Source of the DNA: Tubulanus polymorphus
Lineage: Eukaryota > Animalia > Nemertea
Length of the DNA: 64,000 nucleotides
NCBI RefSeq assembly: GCF_964204645.1
Contig: NC_134032.1
Span: forward strand, 5,940,275-6,004,274
Direction of reading: 5' to 3'
This document shows positions 1 through 13,454 of the stretch, piece by piece. The notes under the pieces are model-generated. The model was not told where the DNA came from. It did no database searches and was given only the letters and a program-made list of their open reading frames with translations. The stretch's first letter is position 1. Every line of letters begins with the position of its first letter. The position numbers and the translations under genes are program-made.

Positions 1-37
1 GAATTTTGCCTGAATAAATTCGCAGAAAGAAGTAATC

Positions 38-200
38 TTACGTGTAGAATTTAGTGCTAATACGTGTAGAATCTAATATTAATACGTGTAGAATTTAGTA
101 CTACGTATATAATTCAATATCAATACTTTTAGAATGTAGTACTAATACGTGTAGATTGTAGAGCTAACACGTGTAGAATTTAGTACTAATACGAGTAGAT
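38..200. repeat. Minisatellite, ~22-bp unit (TACGTGTAGAATTTAGTACTAA)
   Basis: About 7 diverged tandem copies are visible directly; the same unit resumes at 7098-7157 on the far side of the LINE. Confidence 0.9.
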
Positions 201-3053
201 TATAGATATTTATTTCGATATTTATTCATTTCGTCAAAGTAATTATAATACTTGTATGACAATCTTTCATTGATTTTACCACTGGCGTTCTATCTCAAAA
301 TGTACATACATATCTTTTACATTTAAGTAACCCTTAGAAGCAATTTTCGTCCCTTAAACATCTGTCGGAGAAATTTTCCAATACGCTTTAAGAGATGGTT
401 GGATGTTGTGTTCATCAAATCTATGAATTTATAAATGCTCGGATTATTCCAATAGTATTGGGGAAGAAAATTACTTCTTGGGGTGTTATAGTGGGTATTC
501 ATCTTCAATTTGAATCGAGTTCAACTACACAAACGGTTTTCGCGTGGGATCCGTGGCCTGGTCCATCTACCACTTTCTATCATAAGGTCATGGCTTCCAC
601 GGCGGAATTTACTGAAAGCAGTTACTAAACTAGGATCATTAATATCAAGGTATTTCTCGTAGATAAAGGATGACTTAAAATACTTATATGTATAACATTT
701 GCGGCTGGTTTCAAAAGAGTTAGACCAGTTTTGGATAAATTGGTCTTTTGCTCGACAAGTTTTATAAGAAAGGTGGCATTTCCTGCAACCTGGGAAATCC
801 AAAAATTCCCAAGACCTAAATTATTAAATAAATCACGCATTTTGGACGCCCAATGAGATATGAGAGGGTTGTTGTTAATCTGGTTCAGGAGTAATTGGTA
901 GCTTTTGTGGAGCAGCGTCGAGTGTGGGGCTTTCAATATTTTCACCCAAAATTCGGTAGCATAAATTTTAGCATGAATATACAGCGGGAAACGACCAAGT
1001 TCTCCGTAAACCATAACATATAGGAGTACTACTGCGGACACGAAGCAAATATTTGCAAAATGTTGGATGTATAGACTCAATAGCGTTAAGGTTATCAAAA
1101 GCCCATATTGGACTACTATAAACCAATACAGACTTGACTAGAGACTCAAAAATATCTAGTTTAACCTCAGGAGATAGAGGTCTAGCATTCAGCAGGTACT
1201 TTTTTCAGCGATAAGAAGGCTCGCGATCCTTGATCAGCAAGGGCTTTGATGGCTGCTGTGTGTTTACCATTATTTGATATCATAAGTGCGATACCGTTAT
1301 AGTAACAAGCTAGAGCATTTCTGGTATTTCTTCTTAGTCCTATTTTCATAACTTTGGTCTTTTCAGTATTTACATTGAGTCTCATCTTTGTATAATATTC
1401 AAATAGAATGTCCATACATCGCTGTAGAGCTTCAGGGGATTCTGCCAGAATAACAGTGTCATCTGCGTATAAGAGGATATAGAGTTTAAAAAGTTGCAAA
1501 TCGATCCCTGTGTGACCATTATCAATGAAATATTGCTCCATATCGTTGATATATAAATTAAATAATACAAGGGAGATGCATTCGCCTTGTCTGACCCCGA
1601 TGGTACATTTATAGAAACTGGAATTAAACCCATTATTTTTTACACACGATTCGTTGTTGGCGTACATAGATTTTATAATATTATATAACTTACCAGTAAT
1701 ACCAGCTTCTAGTAATTGTTTCCAGAGAATATCATGGTTTATTGAATCAAAAGCTTTGGAAAAATCCACAAACCCTAGACAGGCGTTCGTTTTGTTGTTC
1801 TTTACACTATAGTAAATAGCAGACGACAGGACGAACGATTGCTGTGTTTTACCATTGTTTGATCGAAAACCAGCCTGGGAATTTATAAACAACGTGATAA
1901 GTTTCAGTCCAGTGAATAAGACGTGTGTTTAGAATTAGGAAATGATTTTTCCAAAGCAACTTAGAACTGTGATTCCGCGGTAGTTGTTTGGATCAGAAGT
2001 CGATCCTTTCTTATGGATTGGAGATATGCGGCCCTTACTCCAGCTTTGGGATAAATACCAGTCTGAAGTATAACATTGAAATATCTAGTTAGAGTAGGGG
2101 ATAAAATATCGGCTGCTGTAATCAGCATTTCACGTTATATTGTCCGTCGCAGAATTGACTTCGTCAAAACCCGGGCTTTGATTAAGGACTATACAGTCAA
2201 TAGAGGAGGTCAACTGGTCGTTGAATTCCGTACGACGGACAGTATCAATAAATTTGTTTTCAATCTGTTCATTCCATACGTATCGCACTGGGACTTTGTC
2301 GTATCGTTGATTCTACGTGATAAGCGGCTCTTATCGTTTGGCTTTTTTGAAAGAGATGGATAGTGGGGCATGGTCAGAGAAATATTGACAATCCAAAATC
2401 TCAAAGTCTCCGAGGATGCGAATGGCTGAGAAATTATCTAGGCAGTAATCAACAACACAACAGCCATTGGCTTGAAAATTTGTTCTTATCCTTAAAGGAC
2501 CTCCCATTCAATACAATCATTTCTGTACTTTTACACAGTTCTAATAGCTCATTTCCTTGTACATTACATGCTCTGTCTAAAGAGCTTCTTTGAATTGAAA
2601 ATTGGTGTTATCATCGAAAAAAAGACAAAATGTCATTATTTAGCTCAGAATTATCAGTAAGATCTTCGGGTTTAGCATCATGGATAAGGCCCGATTCACT
2701 CGAAGTGCGGGCGTTGAAATCCCCTATGATAATTACATTGCCCTCGATACTTTATGCCAATACTTTGATCTCTAGCGTGGCTAAGGTATCCTGGCGCAGG
2801 CGCCGATTGTTATCAGTAGGCGAAATGTATGCTATAAAAAATATATGTGTCTTGATTCAATTTGAAAAAAAAACTTTATCGACTGATCCATATGATATCC
2901 GGATATTCAGAAGAGATAAACTTTAAGCCGCATTCTAGTTCGGATCGATAAGGTATAAGGAGACCACCTGAGTTCCTTTTTGCTCTTGGTGGTTTCTTTC
3001 GGGTACTTTGGAAGTAGGAGAATCCATCAGGGTTGTGAAATGTTAAGTCACTT

Positions 3054-5021
3054 TTAGCCCACTTGGGACTTTAGTCCCAGCGGGCTATTGCGTTCACTTG
3101 TCGTCCGTCCGTCCGTCCGTCCGTCCGTCCGTCCGTCCGTCCGTAGAAGGAATCCAGTTATTTTGGGAAGTTTTGAAGACGCTTCAATGTAATGTCTTGA
3201 TATTTGGGTTACACAGGTATCTACCATACATACATCTTCAGCCCAAAAACTGGCCCAGTCAGAATCAAGATGGCTGACTGGCAGCCATTGTTGATCGCCA
3301 AAGTCAGCACTTTTTACACGTTTTTGAACTTTTTGAGGGAAATTTTGAAGACGCTTCAATCAATTACCTTGATCTTTCGTATATACTTGAATCCCCCCAG
3401 GGCCCATCAGCTTAACAAAAATTGGGTCGATCGGACTCAAGATGGCCGTCCTATGACCTTTTTAGTACCCAAAAATGTCAATTTTGGCCCGAATTCTGAG
3501 TCCTGTAGCTTCCTATTGGTTTGGCGTTTCTCATTGCAATTGCTGATGGGTATTCTTTGGAAAGGGATGTTTTATACCTGAGATAGGTATTTTTGATCAG
3601 CCAATTATGATGCAATTGGCGGCCATCTTGGTGTTATCGGTACTCGTTCGTACGTGGGAAAATGTTTTTCGACATTATATTGATACCTAAGCATATTTTG
3701 TTACCGCAATGAATGAGAAAATTGTAGCGTATAAGGTCTTCTATGATTGTGGTGAGTTTCAAGGTCATTAGTTCTTGTATATGGCCACCAGGGGTGTTGA
3801 ACGATATAATATCATAGTATTTCTATGTTTTATTTGTACCAATGCATATTTTGTTACCACAATCAATTGCGAAGTTGTAGCTCATGACATCGCCTATAAT
3901 TGTGGTCTGTTTCAAGGACATTAGTTATTTTATATGGTCACCAGGGGCATTGAATAGTGGAATAACTTAGTATTTCCTCATTATATATATATATTGGTGC
4001 CTAGGCATATTTTGTTAACATGATCAATTGCAAAGTTGTAGTTCATGACATGTTCAATGATTGTGGCGAGTTTCATGGTCATTGGGTTTTGAATATTGTC
4101 ACCAGGGGGCGTTGAATTGTAGAATAACTTAGTATTTCCATATTAACTTGGTAACGAGGCATATTTTGGCCCGAATTCTGAGTCCTGTAGCTTCCTATTG
4201 GTTTGGCATTTCTCATTGCAATTGCTGATGGGTATTCTTTGGAAAGGGATGTTTTATACCTGAGATAGGTATTTTTGATCAGCCAATTATGATGCAATTG
4301 GCGGCCATCTTGGTGTTATCGGTACTCATTCGTACGTGGGAAAATGTTTTTCGACATTATATTGATACCTAAGCATATTTTGTAACCGCAATGAATGAGA
4401 AAATTGTAGCGTATAAGGTCTTCTATGATTGTGGTGAGTTTCAAGGTCATTAGTTCTTGTATATGGCCACCAGGGGTGTTGAACGATATAATATCATAGT
4501 ATTTCTATATTTTATTTGTACCAATGCATATTTTGTTACCACAATCAATTGCAAAGTTGTAGCTCATGACATCGCCTATAATTGTGGTCTGTTTCAAGGA
4601 CATTAGTTATTCTATATGGTCACCAGGGGCATTGAATAGTGGAATAACTTAGTATTTCCTCATTATATATATATTGGTGCCTAGGCATATTTTGTTAACA
4701 TGATCAATTGCAAAGTTGTAGTTCATGACATGTTCAATGATTGTGGCGAGTTTCATGGTCATTGGGTTTTGAATATTGTCACCAGGGGGCGTTGAATTGT
4801 AGAATAACTTAGTATTTCCATATTAACTTGGTAACGAGGCATATTTTGTTATCACAATCAATTACAAAATCGTAGCATATGACATGTTCTATGATTGTGG
4901 TGAGTTTCAAGGTCATTGGTTTTTGTATATGGTCACCAGGGGGCGTTGAATATTGAAATTGTTAGATTGTTGAGCATTTGGAACCACTTCCCAAGTGGGC
5001 ATGGTGTCCCTGGACCCCTAG
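3054..5021 (+). mobile_element. Helentron-associated non-autonomous element (HINE/DINE-1-like) carrying a tandem-repeat array
   Basis: 12-bp subterminal inverted repeats GCCCACTTGGGA (3057-3068) and TCCCAAGTGGGC (4989-5000), a 5' hairpin, a (GTCC)n microsatellite at ~3101-3144, a 3' stem-loop then CTAG, and insertion into a T-run. Excising it restores the LINE frame S-E-T-W-N-K-S-D-L. Confidence 0.85.
3481..4960. repeat. Satellite-like array of ~153-161-bp monomers with a ~680-bp higher-order duplication
   Basis: GCATATTTTG recurs at 3691, 3844, 4005, 4159 and onward. 3481-4162 is almost identical to 4163-4842 (offset 682, becoming 680 after a TA-repeat slip). Confidence 0.92.
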
Positions 5022-5240
5022 TTGTTCCAAGTTTCCGAGAAAAGGGTTATGTCATTTGTTTCATGTCATTTGTGTTTTACACTATTTTATCACCGTCCGG
5101 TAGTTCATGTTTACATATTCGGGTTTTGTCGATCACAGTACACAGTTTTGTCGATCACAGTTTTGTCGATCACATGCCCATGAACGCCCATGAACGTTAA
5201 TATGCGTTATTTTTAAGTCACTGATCCAATGTTTCTCGGT

Positions 5241-5993
5241 CTATGTTTGTGTATCTGAAACCGTGTCCACTGTTTCGGTGTCCTGGTTGTTTACGGTTGT
5301 AGGTGTTGCAAGATATTCACCACCATCTCCATCATACGGTTTTCCGTCAACGAACAGTCTTCCTTCCCAGTTGATGTGAGCTTTATGCCCACACTTAATA
5401 GCTTTTCTCTTAATAGGTAGTAGCTGCTTAACCTGGGCGGCCGTTTCGGGGCAATAATCCTCACTTATTGATATTTCGCTATTTTTCAGTTTGTAGGCGT
5501 TTCTGCCTACACGATCCTCTGGTAATTCACAAATCGCGCTATAATTCCTCTCGGTTTGATGTCCCTGTCTTTCGATTAATACGATGAACGCGCTGGAAAA
5601 CTACATTTTCTGGTTCCGGTATACCCAGGTCATATTTCTTGACGATATTTCGTTGTAGACTTTCGCAATTTTCTCGTGTTGACGTGTCGGGATTTTCTTT
5701 TACTCCGTAGAAAATCAAGTTTTCGCATCTGTTGTAATTTTCGAGTGACGTCAGACGGGCAATCGCTTTTTCGGTTTGCTTGGTTATTTGTAATATAATC
5801 GCTTTATTTTCAATGCAGTTTTACGGATCTCGTCGTTTTCGAGCCTTGTGCTTATTACAGAATTTTTTGTTGCGATCATTTCATTTTCGATGTTAGATAC
5901 TCTAGATGAGAGATCACCAATTGATCTGGATATTTTTTCTACTTTATCGTTCAGATCAGGGAGGATATCGAGTTTGCCTATTATCTTTTCCAT
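5241..5993 (-). pseudogene. LINE ORF1 (coiled coil + L1-ORF1p/Transposase_22-like RRM-CTD), frameshifted
   Basis: Coiled coil in ORF 5784..5993, then after frameshifts LENYNRCENLIFYGVKE, FQRVHR, IIARFVNY, ISISEDYCPET, GRLFVDGK; stop at 5241. Confidence 0.8.
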
Positions 5994-7097
5994 CTAATAT
6001 TCTAATTCTAATATTTCTAATATTTATTCCATTCTAATATTTAATTGATTACAGTCGCCACATTGTGGATCGTCCCTTCTGGTTACTATATTGCCGGTAT
6101 CGATGTCTAGGTAATCCAAAGAGCCACCTGCTCCCAGTGGCGGGCTTCGATGTACTAGGCGCCTTTTTCACCAGGCCTAGGGTCGTTATGGTGCGAGATT
6201 CTTTGTGGTGTCCAGCGTATATTGTTCGCATTCGAATTATTCGGTATTTCTTCAACACAGGACATGATATGGTTTTGAGTATTCGTACACTACAGACGAT
6301 TATATGTCCGTTGTTATTCAAGCGTGAATAAATTTTTTGCCTTACTTCTGTGTACCTGGTTCGCAACAAGTTTATATTAAATGTTATATCATATAAGAAC
6401 CTTTGCCGAACGAATTGTTGCGTTTGATTTTAGATATTGACGTTCCCAGAGTTCTCGAACAATATCGAAATTTCGAAATTTTCAGCAGTATCAGACCTCT
6501 GTAGGTAATGGTCGCACAAATAAAATGAATTGAAACTGTAGTTTGGTTCCTCATGGATTTCCAAGTCAGAATTTGCAGTGAAACAAGTGGAGTTGCGCGA
6601 CGAAATTGCGTAATTGGAGTTACTAAATCCTGTGTTTTGCTATTAGCTTCGAATTACTCACGGTGTACTGTTATAGATATCCGAATTTCCGAATTTCGGG
6701 GAGCGTTGAATATTGACTATTCGAGGTGCGACGCCATATTGATACAGTCGTAGTTATAGTTGTGAAGTCAAGTTATATGTTAGGAGGCTATTTGTATAAA
6801 GTATACTGGTTGTTGGTTTTTCTTTCGTTCGTTCTCTTGCCATTACTCTATGTAGTTTGTGTTGTATTGTTGTTGTTCTCTGCTTTAGTTATTTTCCCGC
6901 CTCAAAGTTTATTGGCATAAACGAATTTATGTAAATTAATTAACAGACTCACTAGAATGTTTTCTACCCTTGGAATTGTATTTTGTAGAAATGTGTGAAT
7001 ATTATTCGTCGTATATTTGTCGTGTCGTAGTTGTCGAGTTTTTCATAGAAAATGCACGCATAAGTGAGAAATTTGGACTTCGTTTGTCATACGCAGC

Positions 7098-7157
7098 AGT
7101 AGTGCTAACACGTGTAGACAATTTAGTACTTATACGTGTAGAATTTAATATTAACAC
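7098..7157. repeat. Continuation of the 22-bp minisatellite
   Basis: AGTGCTAACACGTGTAGACAATTTAGTACTTATACGTGTAGAATTTAATATT matches the array at 38-200. Confidence 0.85.
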
Positions 7158-7237
7158 TTCGTTTTAGACTCCATGGGCTACTATTGTTATTGAAGTGTAA
7201 CGATGATATTTTTATACACATCAATCCACCCCCCCTC

Positions 7238-7263
7238 CCCGTCGATGACGGGTATCTTGCTAG
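7238..7263 (+). mobile_element. Helitron-like 3' terminus
   Basis: Hairpin CCCGTC-GAT-GACGGG, short spacer, CTAG followed by T; the same motif occurs at 36603-36630 and 47258-47284. Confidence 0.6.
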
Positions 7264-7869
7264 TAACAAATAACATAAATTGTACACATCTCACGCAAAG
7301 CGGCATACGAGTAGCGATTGAGGTAGTTTTGCGGTTGTCAGTTTTGTGCGGAATTAAGTCATGTTCTCGGGATTAGCCTACACACAATCTATTTGATTAT
7401 ATCATTATTGTTGTCAAATCCGTTGGCTATTCGTTCTGTTTCTCTCCATACAAATTCATATAGGCGGCAAATTGCCCTTAAGGCAATGAGCGAATCAATT
7501 AGTTCGATTGGTCTACGAATGTATTGGTATTTTAATGTGTCGAATGCATGCACTGTGCGCATCGCCCACAATATGACTGTTCAGTCCCTAAATAAAGTAG
7601 TACCTTAGTAAACACCAAAATTTGGCATAAAACCCCTCTAGTCGCATACCATTACACAATATGAACCCATCATCTTATTCGTCAATTACATTTATAGTTT
7701 AGCATCCAAAAACTCTCTTAAGATATCGGTGGGCTGAGGTAATACACCAGATGGTGAAAAAACGGTGAAAATAAGTTCACTATTGTCGACATTATCGACA
7801 ATTTTAGACAAGATTGACATTTCCCTTCAGTCACTGAAAATCGATTTCATCAGGAAGGTTGATTCGAAT

Positions 7870-8040
7870 CATCTAACAACCCGTGACCGTGTAAGCCCAT
7901 TTTGGTTTCATATAGTCAATCTAACAACTTAGACTAGTCTAGTACCAGTCTAGACTGTTGGTTTTATAACAAATCTAACAAAAGACCAGTCTAAGCTCAT
8001 TTTGGTTATATAGGTAATCTGACAACTTGGGAATAGTCGT
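7870..8040 (-). repeat. Dispersed ~47-bp minisatellite (TTAGACTGGTCTTAAGTTGTTAGATTGGCTATAGAACCAAAATGAGC), reverse orientation
   Basis: Reverse-complement copies of the unit seen at 18935-19245 and 22340-22520. Confidence 0.7.
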
Positions 8041-9132
8041 CAGATATAGAAAAACTTTTGAGAGTGGCGGAACGGGGACATGGAGGGAGGTCTGCAGTAG
8101 TTTTATACCCACGAGCGAAAAATACATCGTCGGTGTCTAAATCAAATCATTGCGCTTCCAACAATTCATCATACGCCGAGCCCCTGCTCTCAACTATAAT
8201 GAAAATGGAACGGTTCGTCGTGTAACTACAAATTAACGCGGTTTCATTGGCGTTCACTTCACCGCTTCTGTGTTACGTCTAACATTGTTAGAAGAAACCG
8301 AGATTTACATTAATTTCTCGCACTTCACTCCGAGCGCGCGGTAACGAGCTATTTTCTCTTTTTAAGCGGGCGCCTAATTGTTGATGAATTTTATGCTGGT
8401 ATCTCCTCGAAAGGAAATAATGATGGAACCCTGCCTTAAATGAATGAACCTACCGTGTTGCTGGTGGTTTCCACTATAGTCGGAAATAGGAAAAGAGATG
8501 TGACGAATAGAACACGAGTGTTAAACCCGCTATGAAAATAAAAATCGACATTTAAAACATCGGAAATTTCAAAAATGTTATTTATTCAAAACTCCCAATA
8601 TTAGCTCAAATAGAGTGTCGAACCCACAATTTAAAACTGTGCGGTTTTTTCTATAAAAAGCCACAATGAAGGAAGATATGTCACATGCTTGATTTTGATT
8701 ATTGTCAATATTATTATCATTTTGTTAATATTATCATCATTATTTTTATCATTATTGTTATTGTTAGTTTATTACATCAAAAAACGTTCATTGGTAAGTA
8801 TATACAAGTATATACATAACACCGTATGATGATGCCTGAAGATTATTCAAGTATATAACATATAGTACATGATTGGACTTACCTGTAAGCATTTCCACAT
8901 AGAAATATCAGATACATGGCGTATATCGATGTAGACACACTTTTACACAATTGCCGATCAAAAACTATAACTTGTGGTCATGTTGTCGAATCGAATATGA
9001 ATTATTGAAAAATCCCCTTGGAAAAAAGAATGTTATTCAAACTGAGAACGATTGGTGGGATAGGCGTTGAGCCTTGGAGCTGATTGGATCCCGCTCGCCC
9101 TTTGTTGGTGGACAATGTCTAAAGCCTAGTAC

Positions 9133-9700
9133 CAAGGGCGGATTCAGGACTGCTCCCCCTCAACATTTCGAAGTACCCTAAACAAATTTCAAATTTATTT
9201 TTTTCTAAAGTAAAAGTAAATTTTTTTTTACATTTGTTCGTAAGAAATATCATAAACTTGTATGAACTGCTTGAAAATTTAACAATTCTATTCTCATAAC
9301 TAATCTGCCTGTGTATATTTTGGAAGTATTACAAATCATAATAAAAAACCTGAAGCCTGGAATTTTGTCCATGATAGTTTGTGCAACTAGAAATGATACT
9401 TAAACTGAATAAAATCTACATGTATTCGTCCTCAGTTAATTGTAATCAATACATGATCTCCTAGTTGATTAATTTTCTGACGACTCATCCACTTCTATCG
9501 TTATCTTTGGCTATTACGTGTCTAGAATACAGCATTTGCAAAGCCTCCCAGGTGCCACCAGAAAAGCCCAGATAGCTCTAAAATTTAGAAAATTTTACCG
9601 TCGACACCGCCTTTGCGACGCCCTTAGAGTGCCCTTATTTACCAACATTTGCCCTATTTTTTCCTGCCCCCTCCTCAATTAAACCCTGGATCCGCCCCTG
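9133..9700. mobile_element. hAT-like MITE (CAGGGGCGGATCCAG-type termini)
   Basis: CAAGGGCGGATTCAGG ... CCTGGATCCGCCCCTG inverted termini; no clean TSD. A related right end lies at ~29330-29345. Confidence 0.6.
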
Positions 9701-12054
9701 AGCACATACATCAAGAAATAAACAAGAAGCAGTTCGCGTGTTTGATTGTTCTCCCGCAATTAACGACAGCGAAAGAAGAAACATTCGATTCATTGAAGAG
9801 TTGTTTTTTTTTTGCTTTATGTTGTTTGGATCTTGATTTCCCAAGGCTAACCTTTATGGATTGTTCATTTAACCCCGCGACGGAAAACCCGCTTCATGTC
9901 ACTGATGCACTGATAGTAAAACCGCTTCGAAGTGGTGAGAATATTGCATACGACGAACAGGTGATAGAAATACAAAGGGAAATGAAACACTGGTGAGATA
10001 TTGCACGATAAAAGGGCAAGTATTGAGAAAAGAAAGTCTGACTAATGTGGCGTTCACAAGAGATTCATGGCTTGAATGACGTTTTTTCTTTAATAACCAC
10101 GTTTTTGAAGAAATTAAGTCAATTCGCCGCGGCAATATTAAGAATCTGTCCAAAATCGGCATTTGGCTGCAGCAATAAAACATTGTTTCCAACGCGTCTG
10201 CTTAGGTAGTACCGTGGTTAAGTGGTGACGATTTTTGACACAATACCACACTCCGAAAAAATACGATTGTTAGATTTTACGTACGTGTTGACCTGGTCTC
10301 AAATGAATGAACCCGAAAACGGATTTCGTTTGAAATCATTTGCTTTCGCCACCACAGTGTACGCACATAAGCCCCATCAGCTAAATGAGCGAAGCAAAGT
10401 TAAATCAGGAAAGCCACCAACCGTGGTAAAATGGCCCAATTTTGATTTTGAATATCCGTATATTTGATATCAGTAAAGACAGTCAAAGGTTAACTTGATT
10501 TTATCAAAAATGCGAGCTCTCGCGCTACTAACTAGGATAGCTTCATCATAGTATGTTATCGAATTGAAAAGTAATTAATAAGTTTTGAATTGAGCACTAG
10601 TAATTTAGTAACCTTTGCTATATATAAACATGTAGTTTTCATTTCATTCACATTTATATCACAATAGTGGGGATATGTACCCACAAAATATGTAAACTGT
10701 TTATACGCCTACCCATTAGAAAATGATGTTCTTGCTTGTTGGATTTTACAACAGAATTGATTTTGTTATAAAGTTTATCAAAAATTCCAGACTTTTTTTG
10801 TTCTTGGTGTTGAATTATGTATCATATATCTAACATATCGAACTGCCATATTGCCATACTGCCATATCTGCCATGGCTGAAGTTTGATTGGCTTCGACTA
10901 TAGAATCGTTTACGGGCTGAATTACGACACTATTCTCTCCTCTATCGACGTGACAACCGACGCGGTTGAAATCTACTATACGCCGTGAATTAGTCATCAT
11001 ATTATTCAACCGGAGGTCATACAGCGGAAAGCGCTCGTTTATAAGTCACATGGAGATCCATTGACTTCCGGTGTTTGACGCCATTCTGGCACGCATTTCA
11101 GGATGTGGCGATATAACGGTCATTAGACTGACAACTGCCAGCGTGTTCTCAAATTGCCAGTCTCAGCCCATATCGACGATTGCTAAATTATACGCGATAA
11201 AAACACAGAAGTTAGAATTCATGAGGCTTAGGAACCATTAGAATATTGTTCGTTGGCCTGTTTTCACTGATTGATCCTCGTAATTAGTGTTTGTGTGCTC
11301 TAAGCAGTTGTAATTGCAATGGACAATGAATTTCTAATTCAAAGATTCACCCGCTGGTAATATAACTCCGTAATTTACCTCAGAAAGATAAGATCAAAAG
11401 CTGTAAAAAGCTGTGACTGATCCGGATTAAGCGGCATATGGCATACGTATCTGTAGCTTGTGTGTGTGGAGAGCCTGCATACCCCCAAATTCTTACATCA
11501 GCGCCGTGTGTCAAAGACGGTATAAAATCTTCGTCAGAAAATGGCAGATTTTAGAAGAAGGTTTCGAGATTCTCGTTCTACAAATCTGTACTGTTTTGAT
11601 GATTAAAAGGCGGCCATGAATGTTACTTGAGCTGTACATATTATTTCGTATAAAAATGGTCCGAAATTTTCCTTGAGCTCGTAGTAATTCGTAAGTTTCG
11701 ACTATAATCTAATTGTCAATTTGAGGAATACCAAGTGTTACAACGAAATTAGGAGATATACGTGATGAATATGTAATTACACATATTTCCGATTCAGATT
11801 AGACACGATACTATGAAATTCCCATACTAAGGACAGAATAATGATAAATTGACATGTGATGGAAACTATGAAACATATACATCATAAAACAGTTTATGTG
11901 ACATCTGATGACCCTATAGCCTTACTTGGTTATGTTCTGAACAAGTTGATAATGAATATCCTTGTAATTTTCCATGTTATAATAACCATTCAAAATTAAG
12001 CGCGAAAGCATTTTACCTTTATTAGAAGGATACGTTAACAATGAGGTAACCAAG

Positions 12055-12252
12055 AGCCGCGATCACACGTGCATTTTCAAATTTGGAACAACTGTTCACA
12101 CGGGTGCCAAATGGGCCGAGCCTGTTGCAACTGTCACCGGAAATGATCCTCTTCGCTTTGTTTGAGCATTGTTTTGTATCGAGTGAATGGTTTGCGTGTG
12201 AACGCACTCTCTAATTTGGCCCGGGCCAAATCGTCTCCGTGTGATCGCGGCT
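12055..12252. mobile_element. MITE family A (AGCCGCGATCACACG TIR)
   Basis: TIRs AGCCGCGATCACACG / CGTGTGATCGCGGCT; internal sequence shared with copies at ~34872-35135, 44742-45019, 41524-41782 and a partial copy at ~26040-26099. Confidence 0.85.
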
Positions 12253-13454
12253 AATACTTCCAAACACAAGCTATACACGTATATCAGTAAATAGAGCCCT
12301 TCGAATACCGCAGTGTAACTACCTCAATATATTGGAGTACTTTTGAGGTAAATTTAGGGTTCAAGTTTAATACTCATGTGCCATAAACCCTTTTGAATGA
12401 CTGGGGTCCTATAGGGTATGACGGGATACTTGGAGTCACTTTATAGCGTGTGTCATACCCTAGAGGTAAGGGTTAATTAAATAAATATTTCATTCCATGA
12501 ATATTATATACCGTACCAATGTATTTCTACCGATCTACAAAGAGCTTTTCATCAATGATTATATTGATGACAGCATCAGTATTCCTGAATATGACCCATT
12601 AGGAATCAGTATTCCCTAATATGTCCCCTAAGTAGAAACGTCCAATTAACTACTAGCTCAATCAAACATTTACACTCTTTTTATTCTTAGTGTGGGATTT
12701 TACATCATCTTAACAACACAAACTGAGAGCGGAGGCAACAACAGTATCCTTGCAGCTAACTGTAAGGATTTACTTCGAAACGCAGGATAAACAACTAGCT
12801 TACGGAAACATTTCGGACTCTGGCCCCGGTACTCTGGCCGTTTACTTACCCACGAATAGTCCTTATGAAATACTGAATTTGTGTCGTGGTTAATACAGTA
12901 CGAATCCATCATACAAAAGGAGAGCCCGAAAGGTTCCCTCCAGCTATAGTTTTTTTTTGTCGTCAGCATATCAAACCAGGTCTTTGTCTGCAACTTGCGT
13001 CGTTTTTATGCTTAATTCGGTTTTATGCTTAATTTTTGCTGTCTGATGCTTTAATTATCCGTTAGAATTCGAGAATATGCCTTTGCGTCAGAGGTTGTTT
13101 TTGTTCGTCGTCGAGCGGTGTGTTACTAATGAATCTGTTTCGGGCGGAAATTGAGCACCTACACCCGAGAAATAGATTATAATAATGCGTACATACGAGC
13201 CGGGCCGGAACCGGCACACGGCAGATACAACACGAGCAATCATGTAAATGTAAACGCAAGCGACCGTAAACTGCTTCGATGCGTCGTAATTAACGTGAAC
13301 GTCGTGCTAATTACTCATCAGGCGCATACATTACATAGGTCTTGGAGCCGTGTGTTTCATTCAAATCACACCGCCGAATTGGTGGTCAAACCGTGGACTC
13401 GAAAGGAACCTCAAAAACTATTTACATGACAGATCCTCGAAGTTTCCGATCCTT

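Larger units (their letters stand above)
323..5215 (-). pseudogene. LINE ORF2 (AP endonuclease + reverse transcriptase), disrupted
   Basis: APE motifs LKITHINVHG (~5215-5186), SETW, RNSGG, IIIGDFNART (~2745-2700). RT motifs QAGFR, FVDFSKAFDSI, GVRQG, LLYADD in ORF 1182..1892. Interrupted by the insertion at 3054-5021. Confidence 0.9.
201..7097 (-). mobile_element. Near full-length decayed non-LTR retrotransposon (RTE-X-like LINE)
   Basis: Order on the minus strand: 5'UTR (~6000-7097), ORF1, then APE endonuclease, RT and C-terminal Cys motif, then an AATAAA-containing tail at ~205-230. The C-terminal motifs GELGRFPL and LMIESGRW.RPRIPRENRLC...IEDE are typical of RTE-X. Many stops and frameshifts. 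Confidence 0.85.

Noticed and set aside
38-200. Short regularly spaced repeats resembling a CRISPR array (also 18935-19245 and 51570-52800)
   Set aside because: The units are contiguous and diverged with no unique spacers, there are no cas genes, and the context is eukaryotic.
3054-3581. ORFs with RTDG repeats or 125 aa
   Set aside because: Products of the (GTCC)n microsatellite and the non-coding HINE arm.
11060-11092. ETS (ACTTCCGG) and YY1-like (CGCCAT) motifs suggesting a minus-strand gene start
   Set aside because: The ATG frame closes after 12 codons and no downstream coding exons could be assembled.
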